The notes under the pieces: generated by a model | What the model was told of the DNA's origin: nothing | The model's input: the letters and a program-made list of their open reading frames with translations, nothing else | Databases searched by the model: none | Source: an uncultured Bacteroidota bacterium | GTDB lineage: Bacteria; Bacteroidota; Bacteroidia; Bacteroidales; GCA-2748055 | DNA: 64,000 nt | Assembly: GCA_937129385.1 (NCBI GenBank) | Contig: CAKZNC010000220.1 | Location: 98,604-162,603, forward strand | Reading direction: 5' to 3' | Program-made: the position numbers and the translations under genes | Shown here: one piece after another, positions 9,701 to 19,234 of the stretch | Position numbering within the stretch: position 1 is the first letter of the stretch | How the letters are laid out: each line of letters opens with the position of its first letter

Positions 9701-12319
9701 CTGTACTGTATGGGTGGTGTCGGTCAGCAGCATGTTTCGCTTATCCCCCGGGGGGGTCTTGATTCCAACATAAGTATTATAGGGAGAGCATGCCACCGAT
9801 TTCTGATCGATGCTAAAATCACCGGATTTCTCAAAGAGCTTTGTTGTAAAAACGGCTCTGAGCATTCCCGGCGCATTCCCCTTGATATCCAGTTGTCTTG
9901 AAAAACTGGCACTTCCTGCATCATCAACACGGCCATCCCAGAAAGTGGTTCCATATCCCTGCACCTGGTTAGCGGGATTGGTAAAGGTAAAGCCTTCATA
10001 TCCGCTGAACGAGGTCGCAAGGGGTTTAAACACCACTTCGATGACCGCCCGGAGGTTCCTGGCAGTCGCACCTGTAAGCCACTTGCCGAATAAGTGTGTC
10101 GATACTGCACCTTTAGAGGGGTAAATGGTGTCACCATCAAATGTGAGATCGATTTTCAAACGATTGGGCTTGATGGTTTCCACCTGTATCCCCTTGCTGA
10201 AGCTTACTCCTCCCAGGCTTGCGGTTACTGTATACCTTCCTGTTGGTGCATCAGAAGCGGTACAGGTATGGAAGGGATACAGACCTGTACTATTCCCGGC
10301 TGAGATCTTTTTGCTGACCACTTTTCCACGGGGGTTCTTCAGCTCGAATGTAACCGGATGACCCTGGGGAAGCGGATTCTGACGATCATCGATCATCAGG
10401 TTCATGTAAATCGAATCGCCGGGTCTCCAAACTCCCCGCTCGCCATACATATATCCTTTGATTCCTTTTCTTATCACTGTACCAGATACGTCGAACATAC
10501 TATAGGAAAGTGCTCCTCCATCAACCAGCCTCAGGTATCCCTTCTGTCCATTGTGACTGGCCACAACAAGAAAAGGTCTTGTGTCCAGGTTAAACTCCAC
10601 CATCCCCAGCCCGTCAGCATTGGCTTCTGCAAGTATTTGTTGCTGGAAATTGTAAACCTTTACATTTGCCCCGGCCGTGCCTCTCGCCTCCAGGAGGTCT
10701 GTTACGGTCACATTCAGTTTCTTTCCTGAACCATATTTAACGATCAGTCCCAGGTTGCTTGCCAGTACATTTCTCGATGCTGCTCTTCTTTTTCCATAAT
10801 AAGCTGGCTTACAGGGATCTTCCCTGTCATCCCAGGAATAACCCTCGTAATAATAAGAATCCCAGCTGCTGTAATAACTTTCGTATGAATCCCAGTAGGA
10901 CATTTCCTCCTGATCCACACCATCAAAATTTTCATCAGCCTGGAGTTGCTCCTTTTCTTCCAGGTCTCCTTCGCAGGGAAACATGGACTGACTCTGCCTG
11001 AAGTTCAGCTCCACTCGATAAATGGCACCCGGTTCAGTCTTCACTAATTCGGTCAGGTTCAAGGAAAAAGTATTCCATTGACCATAATTGATCGGCTTGT
11101 CAGCCACAAGATCGATGGTTTTTTTCAGGATCAGGCGACCTGCTCTTTTGAGTTCCCTGTTGCCAGACAGATCGTTCACCTGTAAGAACTGGGCGATGTT
11201 GTCTTCAAAAATCCGGATCACCTTGAGGTCTACAGCCCTTAGGTTCACCGCCTTGAAAGGTAATATTACGTCGTCTGCAGAGGGGATGATCACACCATTG
11301 CCTAATAACTCCACAGCGGGCTTGATCTCTTCGAAGACAATATCCATGCTTGTGCCGGCGGTAAGACCCTTTCCGGCAGTATTGCGAATACCGGGTTCAA
11401 CGAAGAGTTCCAGGGATCCGTTCTGTCTCACATTCGGATAGACCTTCACTGTATTTCCTTCAATAATATATTTAAGGTCGGTATCGTTACTCAGCCTGAT
11501 CAGACCATCCAGCGACTGGTTTTTCCTCAGGGGGTCTGAGAAGCTCAGGATTACATGTTGCTCAGGATACTGGATCAGTTTGTGTTCAAGTACCTTAAAA
11601 TCCCCCAGGGCCGGGACGATGAATTCCCTGACTCCCTGTTGTTCAGAACCTATTGATTCTCCGTCATACCTGATCTCTACAGGTATTTCCTCCTCTCCTC
11701 TCCTGATGCTGTCGATGGTAAATTCATGCAGCTTTCCTTCAGGACCGTGATTCCATCTCATCTCCAACACCTTTTTCTTTTGGGTTGCCGACACTGCCTT
11801 TTCAACGGCTTCGGGCAGGGCGGCATCTGCTGTATTCACAAAGCCCGACAGGTAGTTGTTTTCCGGCTTGTAATCCTCATAGGGACGAAATCCCGCCAGG
11901 TCAAGACTCAGGTGCTGCTCAATGGTATGAAATCTGAACTCGAAATTTTTTGATGTTGCTTCCGGAAAGAGCTTTCCCAGTTTGACTTTCACATCATAGA
12001 CTGTACCTTGTTTGAGCTTACCGTCGGGTCGGAATTCGATGGTTTGTTGATCCACATAGTAGACCATTCCTGTAGCGGAGGGGTCAAGCATCATGATTCC
12101 CTCCCTGACGGGCGAATTTGGCTGTACTGAATCTTTAAATGGGTTTGTAAATCTTACTTTTACGGAGGATTCCGAAGATATGACCCCACTTGTAAAGGCT
12201 GAGATTAGTGGGTTGAATTCCGGGGTGTCAAAATCAGATCCGTTTCCCTGGTTTTTGCATCCAGCGATGAGCATGAATACGGCAAGCAGGGAAAAATAAA
12301 GAGCACGGTTGAATTTCAT
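6752..12319 (-). CDS. Bacterial alpha-2-macroglobulin lipoprotein (YfhM-like)
   Basis: Lipobox LIAGC, MG2 motif ERGVWRPGD, AMVDEGLLDLT, thioester GCIEQ (CIEQ codons at 8108-8119), 1855 aa, coupled to pbpC. Confidence 0.95.
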   Translation of the reverse strand: MKFNRALYFSLLAVFMLIAGCKNQGNGSDFDTPEFNPLISAFTSGVISSESSVKVRFTNPFKDSVQPNSPVREGIMMLDPSATGMVYYVDQQTIEFRPDGKLKQGTVYDVKVKLGKLFPEATSKNFEFRFHTIEQHLSLDLAGFRPYEDYKPENNYLSGFVNTADAALPEAVEKAVSATQKKKVLEMRWNHGPEGKLHEFTIDSIRRGEEEIPVEIRYDGESIGSEQQGVREFIVPALGDFKVLEHKLIQYPEQHVILSFSDPLRKNQSLDGLIRLSNDTDLKYIIEGNTVKVYPNVRQNGSLELFVEPGIRNTAGKGLTAGTSMDIVFEEIKPAVELLGNGVIIPSADDVILPFKAVNLRAVDLKVIRIFEDNIAQFLQVNDLSGNRELKRAGRLILKKTIDLVADKPINYGQWNTFSLNLTELVKTEPGAIYRVELNFRQSQSMFPCEGDLEEKEQLQADENFDGVDQEEMSYWDSYESYYSSWDSYYYEGYSWDDREDPCKPAYYGKRRAASRNVLASNLGLIVKYGSGKKLNVTVTDLLEARGTAGANVKVYNFQQQILAEANADGLGMVEFNLDTRPFLVVASHNGQKGYLRLVDGGALSYSMFDVSGTVIRKGIKGYMYGERGVWRPGDSIYMNLMIDDRQNPLPQGHPVTFELKNPRGKVVSKKISAGNSTGLYPFHTCTASDAPTGRYTVTASLGGVSFSKGIQVETIKPNRLKIDLTFDGDTIYPSKGAVSTHLFGKWLTGATARNLRAVIEVVFKPLATSFSGYEGFTFTNPANQVQGYGTTFWDGRVDDAGSASFSRQLDIKGNAPGMLRAVFTTKLFEKSGDFSIDQKSVACSPYNTYVGIKTPPGDKRNMLLTDTTHTVQVVTLSPGGEPLTKLGLDVKVYKLSWRWWWDASYENLASYMGSNYRTPVFSTTISTKRGNGSFGFRIDYPDWGRYLVVVKDKGGHSAAKIVYVDWPGWAGRARKGDPDAASVLTFSADKKTYRVGETAMITIPSSNKGRILVSLENGTGVLRQEWITTSGSETKYSLKITPEMTPNIYLYASLIQPHENTENDLPIRMFGVIPLKVEDPDTRLYPEIEMPDELRPNTTVQVEVSEKYGKEMTYTIAMVDEGLLDLTRFRTPDPWSVFYAKEALGVKTWDMYEHVLGAFGGRIDGIYSIGGGENEAGEQAKEANRFPPMVRFMGPFTLKGKSDVHRISLPNYIGSVRTMVIAGTRETGAYGHVEKTTPVKQPLMLLATLPRVLGPGEKVALPVNVFVMDEGIRNVKIEVSSNEMLIAEEKSKMVTFSSTGDEIVDFMLTTPKKTGVGKIHITATSGRHRAEYDIELNVRPSNPPVTNFLTSTLEAGNSMEEEFEYVGMVGTNDLLLEVSNIPPVDFGRRLKYLLKYPHGCIEQTTSAVFPQLFLADVVELDEKAIKKTESNVKAGIRRLSSFQLSSGGFSYWPGSISESSWGTSYAGHFLLEAREKGYDVPQSLLRNWTRYQKKTANRWSIAGSTNVYEIRQEQILQAYRLYTLALAGKPEMGSMNRLRERTDLVPGAKWRLAAAYALAGQKETASELVARVPVEVDEYYDSRYTYGSATRDKAMILEAMILIGMKDNGGLLLEQIAGRLSSQQWMSTQTTAYSLIAIAKFTGGRTSDERIRFEYSLNGKPPSVAETGMPIAQIQFEPGDDPKGTLKLSNKTDGILFVRIINTGIPAPGNEKTVNNNLRVDLYYADMEGNKLSPGEIQQGTDFKAVYRVYNPGTLGFFNNVALTTIFPSGWEIHNERLFSTSSANQSFTYQDIKDDRVMTYFSLNGNASKTFTIRLNAAYRGKFYLPSVQAEEMYKNDVQVVIPGQWTEVKGRN

Positions 12320-12379
12320 GATTTGTTGGTTTGAGGGATTTTGTCCCTAAAGGTAATCAAGCTGACAAACAAATTCAAC

Positions 12380-12769
12380 TCATCGGCGCTCAGTTTCCGA
12401 AGAGAGTCTTGAAAGCAGAATCCTGACGGAATTCCGTATTGTCCTGAAATCGGCGATTTCGGTTGACTGGTATAGAAATAGTATTTCGAGGCCTTCCCCG
12501 CGCCTTGCAAGTTTCTTACAAAGCTCCTGGTTTTGCATCCTGTAGGCCTCCCTTGTACGCCTTTTCAAAAGGTTTCTGTGCACCGCCCTTTTAATGGCCC
12601 TCCTGGGCACCGCCACAGTCATCCTCAGGGGCACAGGCTGTGTTTCCCCGGGAGTTCTGTATAACAACCTGAAAGGGGGAGAGGAAAAACTGCGGCCTGT
12701 CCTGAACAGTGCCTCGATGGATTTCCTGCGTTTCAGCCGTTCCTGCTTATTAAAAGTTGCCGGTGTCAT
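12380..12769 (-). CDS. rnpA: Ribonuclease P protein component
   Basis: TFNKQERLK and RNR-like motif KRAVHRNLLKRRTREAYR; start moved to MTPATF at 12769. Confidence 0.9.
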   Translation of the reverse strand: MTPATFNKQERLKRRKSIEALFRTGRSFSSPPFRLLYRTPGETQPVPLRMTVAVPRRAIKRAVHRNLLKRRTREAYRMQNQELCKKLARRGEGLEILFLYQSTEIADFRTIRNSVRILLSRLSSETERR

Positions 12770-12813
12770 TGTGCGGGGTCCCTCAATTACGTTCAAATAT
12801 GTCGAATGACCTA

Positions 12814-12821
12814 CAAAAATA
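12814..12821 (-). promoter_or_regulatory. Bacteroidota sigma-70 -7 element TATTTTTG upstream of rnpA
   Basis: Matches TAnnTTTG consensus, about 45 nt before the ATG. Confidence 0.55.
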
Positions 12822-12905
12822 TAACAATGTACCTGATTTGAAGGTAACAAACGACTTTTTGTGCATTGGTAAACACCGCCAGCCGGAAGCTGTGCCGGGA
12901 CTTAG

Positions 12906-13664
12906 TTAAGCCTTCCCGTTCTTGTTATGCTGTTCAATGAAAGATTCAAGCGCCATGGTCATTGATGGGGCCTGGGGTGCCGGCGCCTTGATGTCGAGCC
13001 TTAACCCCGCCTCTTTCACCGCCCTGGCAGTCTTGTCTCCAAATGATGCAATCATGGTGTTGTTCTGCTTGAAATCCGGGAAGTTTTGCATTAAAGACTT
13101 GATTCCGGAGGGGCTGTAAAAAACAAGAACGTCATAATTGACATGTGCCAGGTCGGAAAGGTCGCTGCATTCAGTTTTATACAGGGTGGTCTTTGTATAG
13201 CTGAACTTATTCTTTTCCAGGAGTTTGGGAATCTCTTCCTTGTGTGCTGCAGACAGGGGCACCAGGAATTTTTCGTCTTTATGCTTCTGCATAACATCCA
13301 ACAGATCCTCCAGTTTGCCGTTGGCAAAGAAGATCTTACGCTTCCTGTATACAATATATTTTTGCAGGTAATAGGCTGTGGATTCTGAGATACAGAAATA
13401 CTTCATCGAATCAGGAATTGTTACCCTGGTCTCTTCAGCAATCCTGAAATAGTGATCAATTGCAGTCTTACTTGTAAATATTACAGCAGTATGATCGGAA
13501 AGGTCTACTTTTGACTGCCGGAACTCCTTTGATGTGATTCCTTCCACGTGTATGAAGGGGCGAAAATCGATTTTTAGATTGTGTTTTTCGGCAAGATCAT
13601 AGTAAGGGGATTTCTTATTTTGGGGCTCTGGTTGGGATACCAGAATTTTTTTAATTCTGCTCAT
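12906..13664 (-). CDS. hemD: Uroporphyrinogen-III synthase (HemD-like)
   Basis: ILVSQPEP, AVIFTSKTAIDH, VFYSPSGIKS; Bacteroidota DUF4271-hemD-rnpA gene order. Confidence 0.85.
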   Translation of the reverse strand: MSRIKKILVSQPEPQNKKSPYYDLAEKHNLKIDFRPFIHVEGITSKEFRQSKVDLSDHTAVIFTSKTAIDHYFRIAEETRVTIPDSMKYFCISESTAYYLQKYIVYRKRKIFFANGKLEDLLDVMQKHKDEKFLVPLSAAHKEEIPKLLEKNKFSYTKTTLYKTECSDLSDLAHVNYDVLVFYSPSGIKSLMQNFPDFKQNNTMIASFGDKTARAVKEAGLRLDIKAPAPQAPSMTMALESFIEQHNKNGKA

Positions 13665-13688
13665 TTTCTTCTTCCTTTAAGTCCAGTA

Positions 13689-14483
13689 TTAAAAATCTAC
13701 GATGATTGTGAACCACTTGTACAACAATAATATTGGAACTATTTCAAGGGCACAAAGGTATAAAAACAAATACAAATTAAAAACACGGTTGTTCAGTGAA
13801 AAAATCACCCCTCTCAGAAACTTCATCGCTAGCAGGATGATCAAAAACACCAGGGACAGGTATATAATCACATTATTCAGCGCTCCTTCAGTAAATACAA
13901 CCAGGAAATTCAAAGGTATCAGTACAATTCCCAGTAACTTATTGTATGTGAAACCCATATACAAATGCTCCCTGAATAGCTCTACTGTATAAAAGACAAA
14001 ACCCACGATATATAGCAGGATGAGCCTGGAGATGAAAACAACAAATGTCAGGCCAACATAAAAAAACAATAAATTCCTTCCCGTAAGTCCGTATGGATGA
14101 AAATTATAGTGTTCCGACAACAGCAGGAGATAGAACCCGAAGGAAAGAAAGTAAAAAGCGTACAATGCATTGTCTCTCTGCCTTTGTAGCTGACTATTGT
14201 CATTGAACATGCTGGCCGCCTGGTTATACCTGATCGTTGCTGTAAATGTACTGCTCAGAAGCTTGCCCAGATAGATGCGCGCGATGATGTAACCGGTGAT
14301 CAGGGCAACCAGGAAATAGAAATACCATGCAATGGTTGGCGCCTGGATGACAAAACCGGGGTTTCCGGCAAAAAGTCCGGCGTCTACAGGGTTTTGTCCA
14401 ACAATGGGTGGAGAAATTCCAATGCTGGTATCAGGCCTGGATGAATCTGCTAAAGAATTGTAAATAAAGACCGTATCAGTCAT
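13689..14483 (-). CDS. DUF4271-family membrane protein
   Basis: Multi-TM protein with C-terminal YLFLYLCALEIVP motif, upstream of hemD. Confidence 0.8.
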   Translation of the reverse strand: MTDTVFIYNSLADSSRPDTSIGISPPIVGQNPVDAGLFAGNPGFVIQAPTIAWYFYFLVALITGYIIARIYLGKLLSSTFTATIRYNQAASMFNDNSQLQRQRDNALYAFYFLSFGFYLLLLSEHYNFHPYGLTGRNLLFFYVGLTFVVFISRLILLYIVGFVFYTVELFREHLYMGFTYNKLLGIVLIPLNFLVVFTEGALNNVIIYLSLVFLIILLAMKFLRGVIFSLNNRVFNLYLFLYLCALEIVPILLLYKWFTIIVDF

Positions 14484-14514
14484 ACTGTGTATTCTTCTTC
14501 CCTGGATTTTGTGG

Positions 14515-14522
14515 CAAAGATA
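14515..14522 (-). promoter_or_regulatory. -7 element TATCTTTG for the DUF4271-hemD operon
   Basis: TAnnTTTG consensus about 30 nt before the ATG. Confidence 0.6.
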
Positions 14523-14636
14523 TACAGAATATAGACCGCTTGTATACCCGGCGAGAGCGGGATTGAAATATTTGCTAAAAAAGTTAATCCGGTGAGGGTC
14601 TGGCTTCCACGGGAATGGATTGTCAGGGATTTAAGA

Positions 14637-14644
14637 TATATTTG
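14637..14644 (+). promoter_or_regulatory. -7 element TATATTTG for the S41 protease gene
   Basis: TAnnTTTG consensus, implying a leader of about 100 nt. Confidence 0.55.
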
Positions 14645-14748
14645 TAGCTTCCGGACCACAAAGAGTTCTGGACCGGGCTTTACCACTTCGGCTCGAATCC
14701 GCCTGGCCTCATTTTTGTGGTACCTGATAGTGAAAAAATCAGAAACAG

Positions 14749-16452
14749 ATGATCATGGGAAAGATAAGAAATCGGGTTATTGTGTTGGGGATCTTTATAT
14801 TGATCACGGGGGTGGGTTTCTCCCTAATCAGGAATAAAGACCTTGAGATTGTAAAAAACCTGGATATCTATTGCACATTGTTCAGGGAGCTGAACATGTT
14901 CTATGTTGACGAAACTTTGCCGGAGGAACTGGTCACCACAAGCATCAACTCCATGTTGAAATCGCTTGATCCCTACACAACTTACATCCCGGAGAAGGAG
15001 ATGGATAATTTCAATTTTCAGACCACCGGGGAGTATGGTGGGATTGGAAGCCTGATCAGAAAGGATGGGGACAACACAATCATTGCCGATCCCTACGAGG
15101 GTTTCCCAGCCGTAGAGGCTGGTCTTCGTCACGGGGATATCCTCATGGAGATCTCTGGCAATGATGTACAGGGGCTTGACATTTCGGCAATCAGCGAATT
15201 ATTGAAGGGAAAGCCGGGAACAGGTCTGACCATAAGATATAAGCGTCCATATACTGATACTATTAACGAGGTCAATCTTGTCCGGGAGAAGATCGTAATC
15301 AAAAACGTACCCTATTACGGGATGCTGGATAAACACACCGGATATATCCGGTTGAGAAATTTCACGACTGATGCTTCACGGGAGGTCCGTTCGGCTTATC
15401 GTGCATTAAAGAAGAACGATGGATTCGAAAGGCTGGTTCTGGATCTCAGGGGAAATCCAGGCGGATTAATGATCGAGGCAGTACGTGTTTCGAATGTATT
15501 TATCGAAAAAGGTGAACTGATTGTCAGCACGCGTGGTAAAGTCGAAAGGTGGGACAATGAATACAAAACGACAGAACAGGCGTTGGACACAGAGATACCC
15601 CTGGTTGTGCTTGTGAATCGCGGCTCTGCTTCTGCGGCTGAGATCGTTGCAGGAGCGATGCAGGATCTGGACAGGGCTGTTGTAATCGGACAACGGACAT
15701 TTGGTAAAGGATTGGTGCAGACCACTCGACCACTTAAATACAATGCGCAGCTGAAAGTCACAACGGCTAAATATTATATCCCATCGGGAAGGTGCATACA
15801 GGCACTGGACTACTCCAACAGGAACGAGGACGGTAGCGTTGGCACCATTCCGGATTCACTTATCACTGAATATGCCACACAAAATGGCCGTCCGGTATAT
15901 GATGGTGGAGGCGTCAGTCCTGACATTGAGGTGGTCCCTGAAACATTGAGTCAGATCACATTGCGTCTCTTTACTGAAAATGTCTATTTTGACTATGCAA
16001 CGAAGTTCCGGACTGAACATCCCGGGATTCCGGATCCGGTCAAATTCGATCTCAATGATCAACAGTACGGGCTATTCAGGGATTTTGTGGTGGAAAAGAA
16101 GTTTGAATATGAAACTGCAAGTGAGCAAGCCTACGACAAACTGGTAAAAACCGCAAAACGGGAAAAGTATTTTGACCTTGCCAGTGCTGAGTTCGAGGCG
16201 CTTGAAAAAAAGCTATCACATAATAACATGCAGGACATGGCTACCTTCAGGGAAGAGATAGAGGAAATCCTTGAAGAGGAGATCGTAGGTCGCTATTACT
16301 ACCATGCAGGACAGATCAGGCACCAGATCAACCAGGATCAGCAGGTTGATAAAGCCCTGGAGATAATCTCTGATCCGGTCAAGATGCAAGAGATCCTGGA
16401 GGGTAAAGCGGGTGCTCTTGCCATTAACGACCCTGAAGGTACTACACCTTAA
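14749..16452 (+). CDS. Carboxy-terminal processing protease, S41A family (PDZ + peptidase)
   Basis: LDPYT, GEYGGIG, LDLRGNPGG, SASAAEIVAGA, RTFGKGLVQ; alternative start at 14755. Confidence 0.93.
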   Translation: MIMGKIRNRVIVLGIFILITGVGFSLIRNKDLEIVKNLDIYCTLFRELNMFYVDETLPEELVTTSINSMLKSLDPYTTYIPEKEMDNFNFQTTGEYGGIGSLIRKDGDNTIIADPYEGFPAVEAGLRHGDILMEISGNDVQGLDISAISELLKGKPGTGLTIRYKRPYTDTINEVNLVREKIVIKNVPYYGMLDKHTGYIRLRNFTTDASREVRSAYRALKKNDGFERLVLDLRGNPGGLMIEAVRVSNVFIEKGELIVSTRGKVERWDNEYKTTEQALDTEIPLVVLVNRGSASAAEIVAGAMQDLDRAVVIGQRTFGKGLVQTTRPLKYNAQLKVTTAKYYIPSGRCIQALDYSNRNEDGSVGTIPDSLITEYATQNGRPVYDGGGVSPDIEVVPETLSQITLRLFTENVYFDYATKFRTEHPGIPDPVKFDLNDQQYGLFRDFVVEKKFEYETASEQAYDKLVKTAKREKYFDLASAEFEALEKKLSHNNMQDMATFREEIEEILEEEIVGRYYYHAGQIRHQINQDQQVDKALEIISDPVKMQEILEGKAGALAINDPEGTTP

Positions 16453-19226
16453 TGTGCTTCCAGCCAGTTGTCTCCGTCATTCATTTCCACGACAAGCGGC
16501 ACAGACAGTTCAACGGCATTTTCCATGGAATTACGGACGATCTGGCGCACCTCCTCCAATTCAGTTACAGGAACATTCAGGTTTAGTTCGTCATGCACCT
16601 GGATGATCATCTCCGTTGCAAAGTTCTTCTCATTTAACGCATTGTATATTTTTACCATGGCGATCTTAATAATGTCGGCAGCAGCACCCTGGATGGGTGT
16701 ATTGATCGCGTTTCTTTCCGCATTTCCCCTGATATTATTGTTTCGCGACATGATGTCCGGTAAGTTTCGTTTCCTCCCAAACATGGTTTCAGTAAATCCC
16801 TTTTCCCTTGCCTGGCTTATGCAGTGGTCCATGTATTTACGGACACCCGGATAGGTATTAAAATAACCATCGATGAGCTCTTTTGCTTCTGACTTGGGGA
16901 TCCGCATGCGTTGCGCCAATCCGAATGCAGAGATACCATAGATAATTCCAAAATTTGCTGTTTTTGCTTTCGACCGCATCTCCCTGCTCACTTCATCCAT
17001 TCCCACTCCATAAACCTTTGATGCTGTAGCCGTATGAATATCTTCATTGTTCCTGAATGCATTGATCATATGATTGTCTTCACTCAAGTGTGCCATAAGC
17101 CTTAGCTCAATCTGCGAATAGTCTGCAGACAGGAACCGGTGGTCGGCGTCAGAACTTGTAAATGCACGTCTGATTTCCCGGCCACGCTCTTCCCTGATCG
17201 GAATATTCTGCAGGTTGGGATTGTTTGAGGAAAGCCTTCCTGTGGCAACCAGTGTTTGGTTAAATGATGTATGTATCCGGTTTGTCTTCTTATGAATTAA
17301 TTTTGGAAGCGCCTCTACATATGTGTTTAAAAGTTTTTTAGCAGACCTGAAGTCCAGTACCTTCTGAACAATCTCATGCTTTTCGGTCAGGTTCACCAAT
17401 ACGTCTTCGCTTGTGCTGTATTGCTTCGACTTTGTCTTTTTGGCACCATCACTGATCTTAAGCTTATTAAACAGTATCTCTCCCAGCTGTTTCGGTGAAC
17501 TGATGTTAAACTCCACTCCTGCAAGTGAAAAGATCTCCTTTTCAATCCCGATCAGCTCTTCACGCAAAGCTTCTGCAAATGTTGCAAGGCTTTTCCTGTC
17601 CAGGCTAACCCCGGCATGTTCCATCTTCATCAAGACCCTGACAAGGGGCATTTCAATCTCTTCGGCCAGGGGTTCAAGGTGATTTTCCTTTATTTCTTTC
17701 GAGAGAATCTTGTACAATTGCCACGTTATATCTGCATCTTCACAGGCATAATCCTTTACTTTCCCGGCATCCAGGTTCCGGAAATTTAGCTGCGCAGACC
17801 CTTTCTTTCCGATAAGCTGTTCGGTCTTGATCTTTTTATATGACAGGTATTCTTCCGACATGGCATCCAGTCCGTGTTTCCTGTCAGGTGCAATAAGGTA
17901 ATGTGCAACCATCGTATCAAATAATTTCCCCTTTACAACTATGCCATAATTCTTTAACATATGAAGATCATACTTGAGATTTTGGCCGATGATGCGCACG
18001 TTTTGCCGATTGAATAACTGTCGTATCTGTTCCCTTGTAGTCTCTTTCCAATCAATTTCAGCAGACAGATCCAGGTAATATGCCTGGTGCGATTCCCACG
18101 AGAAAGAAATTCCAACAATTTGATCTTCAACAACATCCAAACCCGTAGTTTCTGTATCAAAACAAAATACTTCCTGGACCATGAGCTGCTCAAACAATTC
18201 TTTCATTCCGCTCTCCGGGGTAACCAGCATGTAGTCATGATTGGTATTATCAATTGTATTCTTCGGTTCCACAATCAGTGTACTGGTTTCATTTGATTGT
18301 TCAAATAACATTCCCTGGGAACTTGTAGCAGAATTATTTGTAGAATCAACATCTCCCAGTATCCTGGTTCTAAGATTTTTAAAATTCAGTGCTTCAAATA
18401 TGGTGTTAAGGTGGTCCTTTTCAATGGGTCTCCTTTTTGCCAGGTCGAGGTCGAAATCCACCGGGGCCTCCACGATGATTGTGGCCAGTTCTTTGGAAAG
18501 TTTTGCCTGTTCGGCAGAATTTATCAGGTTTTCCTTTTGCTTGCCTTTGATCAAATGGATGTTATTATATATTCCTTCGAGGGAACCGTAGCTTTCGATT
18601 AGCTTTTTTGCGGTCTTCTCACCTATTCCGGGTACCCCGGGGATATTGTCAGAAGAATCGCCCCAAAGCGCAAGAATATCAATGACCTGGTCGGGATTTT
18701 CGATTCGGAATTTTTCTTTTATTTCCTTAACTCCCAACACTTCTGCGGGGTTCCCTGACCGGCCTGGTTTATACATAAATATCTTATCGCTGACAAGTTG
18801 TGCAAAATCTTTATCCGGGGTCACCATAAACACTTCATAACCCTCTTTTTCGGCTGATTTCGCGATTGTTCCAATGATGTCATCGGCTTCGTAGCCCAAT
18901 TTTTCCAGGACAGGGATATTAAAAGCTTTCAGGAGATCCTTGATCCAGGGAACGGCTTCTTTTATATCTTCAGGGGTTGCGTCCCTGTTGGCCTTATAAG
19001 GTTCGTACATTTCATGCCTGAAAGTGGGTCCGGAAGCATCAAATGCTGCCATGATATGTGTCGGATCTTCTTTTCTGAGCAATTCGTCCAGGGTCAGCGT
19101 AAATCCAAATACGGTGGATGTATTCATCCCTTTTGCATTGCGCATCGGGTTATTTATAAATGCGTAATATGATCTGAAGATCAGCGCATAGCTGTCCAGT
19201 AAAAAAAGTCTTTTTTCTTTGCTCAT
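16449..19226 (-). CDS. polA: DNA polymerase I
   Basis: 5'-3' exonuclease (YKANR, EADD, GDSSDNIPGVPGIGEKTA), 3'-5' exonuclease FDTETT, polymerase ADYSQIELR, KTANFGIIYG, QVHDEL. Confidence 0.98.
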   Translation of the reverse strand: MSKEKRLFLLDSYALIFRSYYAFINNPMRNAKGMNTSTVFGFTLTLDELLRKEDPTHIMAAFDASGPTFRHEMYEPYKANRDATPEDIKEAVPWIKDLLKAFNIPVLEKLGYEADDIIGTIAKSAEKEGYEVFMVTPDKDFAQLVSDKIFMYKPGRSGNPAEVLGVKEIKEKFRIENPDQVIDILALWGDSSDNIPGVPGIGEKTAKKLIESYGSLEGIYNNIHLIKGKQKENLINSAEQAKLSKELATIIVEAPVDFDLDLAKRRPIEKDHLNTIFEALNFKNLRTRILGDVDSTNNSATSSQGMLFEQSNETSTLIVEPKNTIDNTNHDYMLVTPESGMKELFEQLMVQEVFCFDTETTGLDVVEDQIVGISFSWESHQAYYLDLSAEIDWKETTREQIRQLFNRQNVRIIGQNLKYDLHMLKNYGIVVKGKLFDTMVAHYLIAPDRKHGLDAMSEEYLSYKKIKTEQLIGKKGSAQLNFRNLDAGKVKDYACEDADITWQLYKILSKEIKENHLEPLAEEIEMPLVRVLMKMEHAGVSLDRKSLATFAEALREELIGIEKEIFSLAGVEFNISSPKQLGEILFNKLKISDGAKKTKSKQYSTSEDVLVNLTEKHEIVQKVLDFRSAKKLLNTYVEALPKLIHKKTNRIHTSFNQTLVATGRLSSNNPNLQNIPIREERGREIRRAFTSSDADHRFLSADYSQIELRLMAHLSEDNHMINAFRNNEDIHTATASKVYGVGMDEVSREMRSKAKTANFGIIYGISAFGLAQRMRIPKSEAKELIDGYFNTYPGVRKYMDHCISQAREKGFTETMFGRKRNLPDIMSRNNNIRGNAERNAINTPIQGAAADIIKIAMVKIYNALNEKNFATEMIIQVHDELNLNVPVTELEEVRQIVRNSMENAVELSVPLVVEMNDGDNWLEAH

Positions 19227-19234
19227 TTGGTAAG

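Noticed and set aside
14685-14712. tRNA-like GGCTCGAATCC T-arm suggesting a tRNA or attachment site
   Set aside because: No cloverleaf, D-arm or CCA, and no integrase nearby; kept only as part of a possible leader structure.
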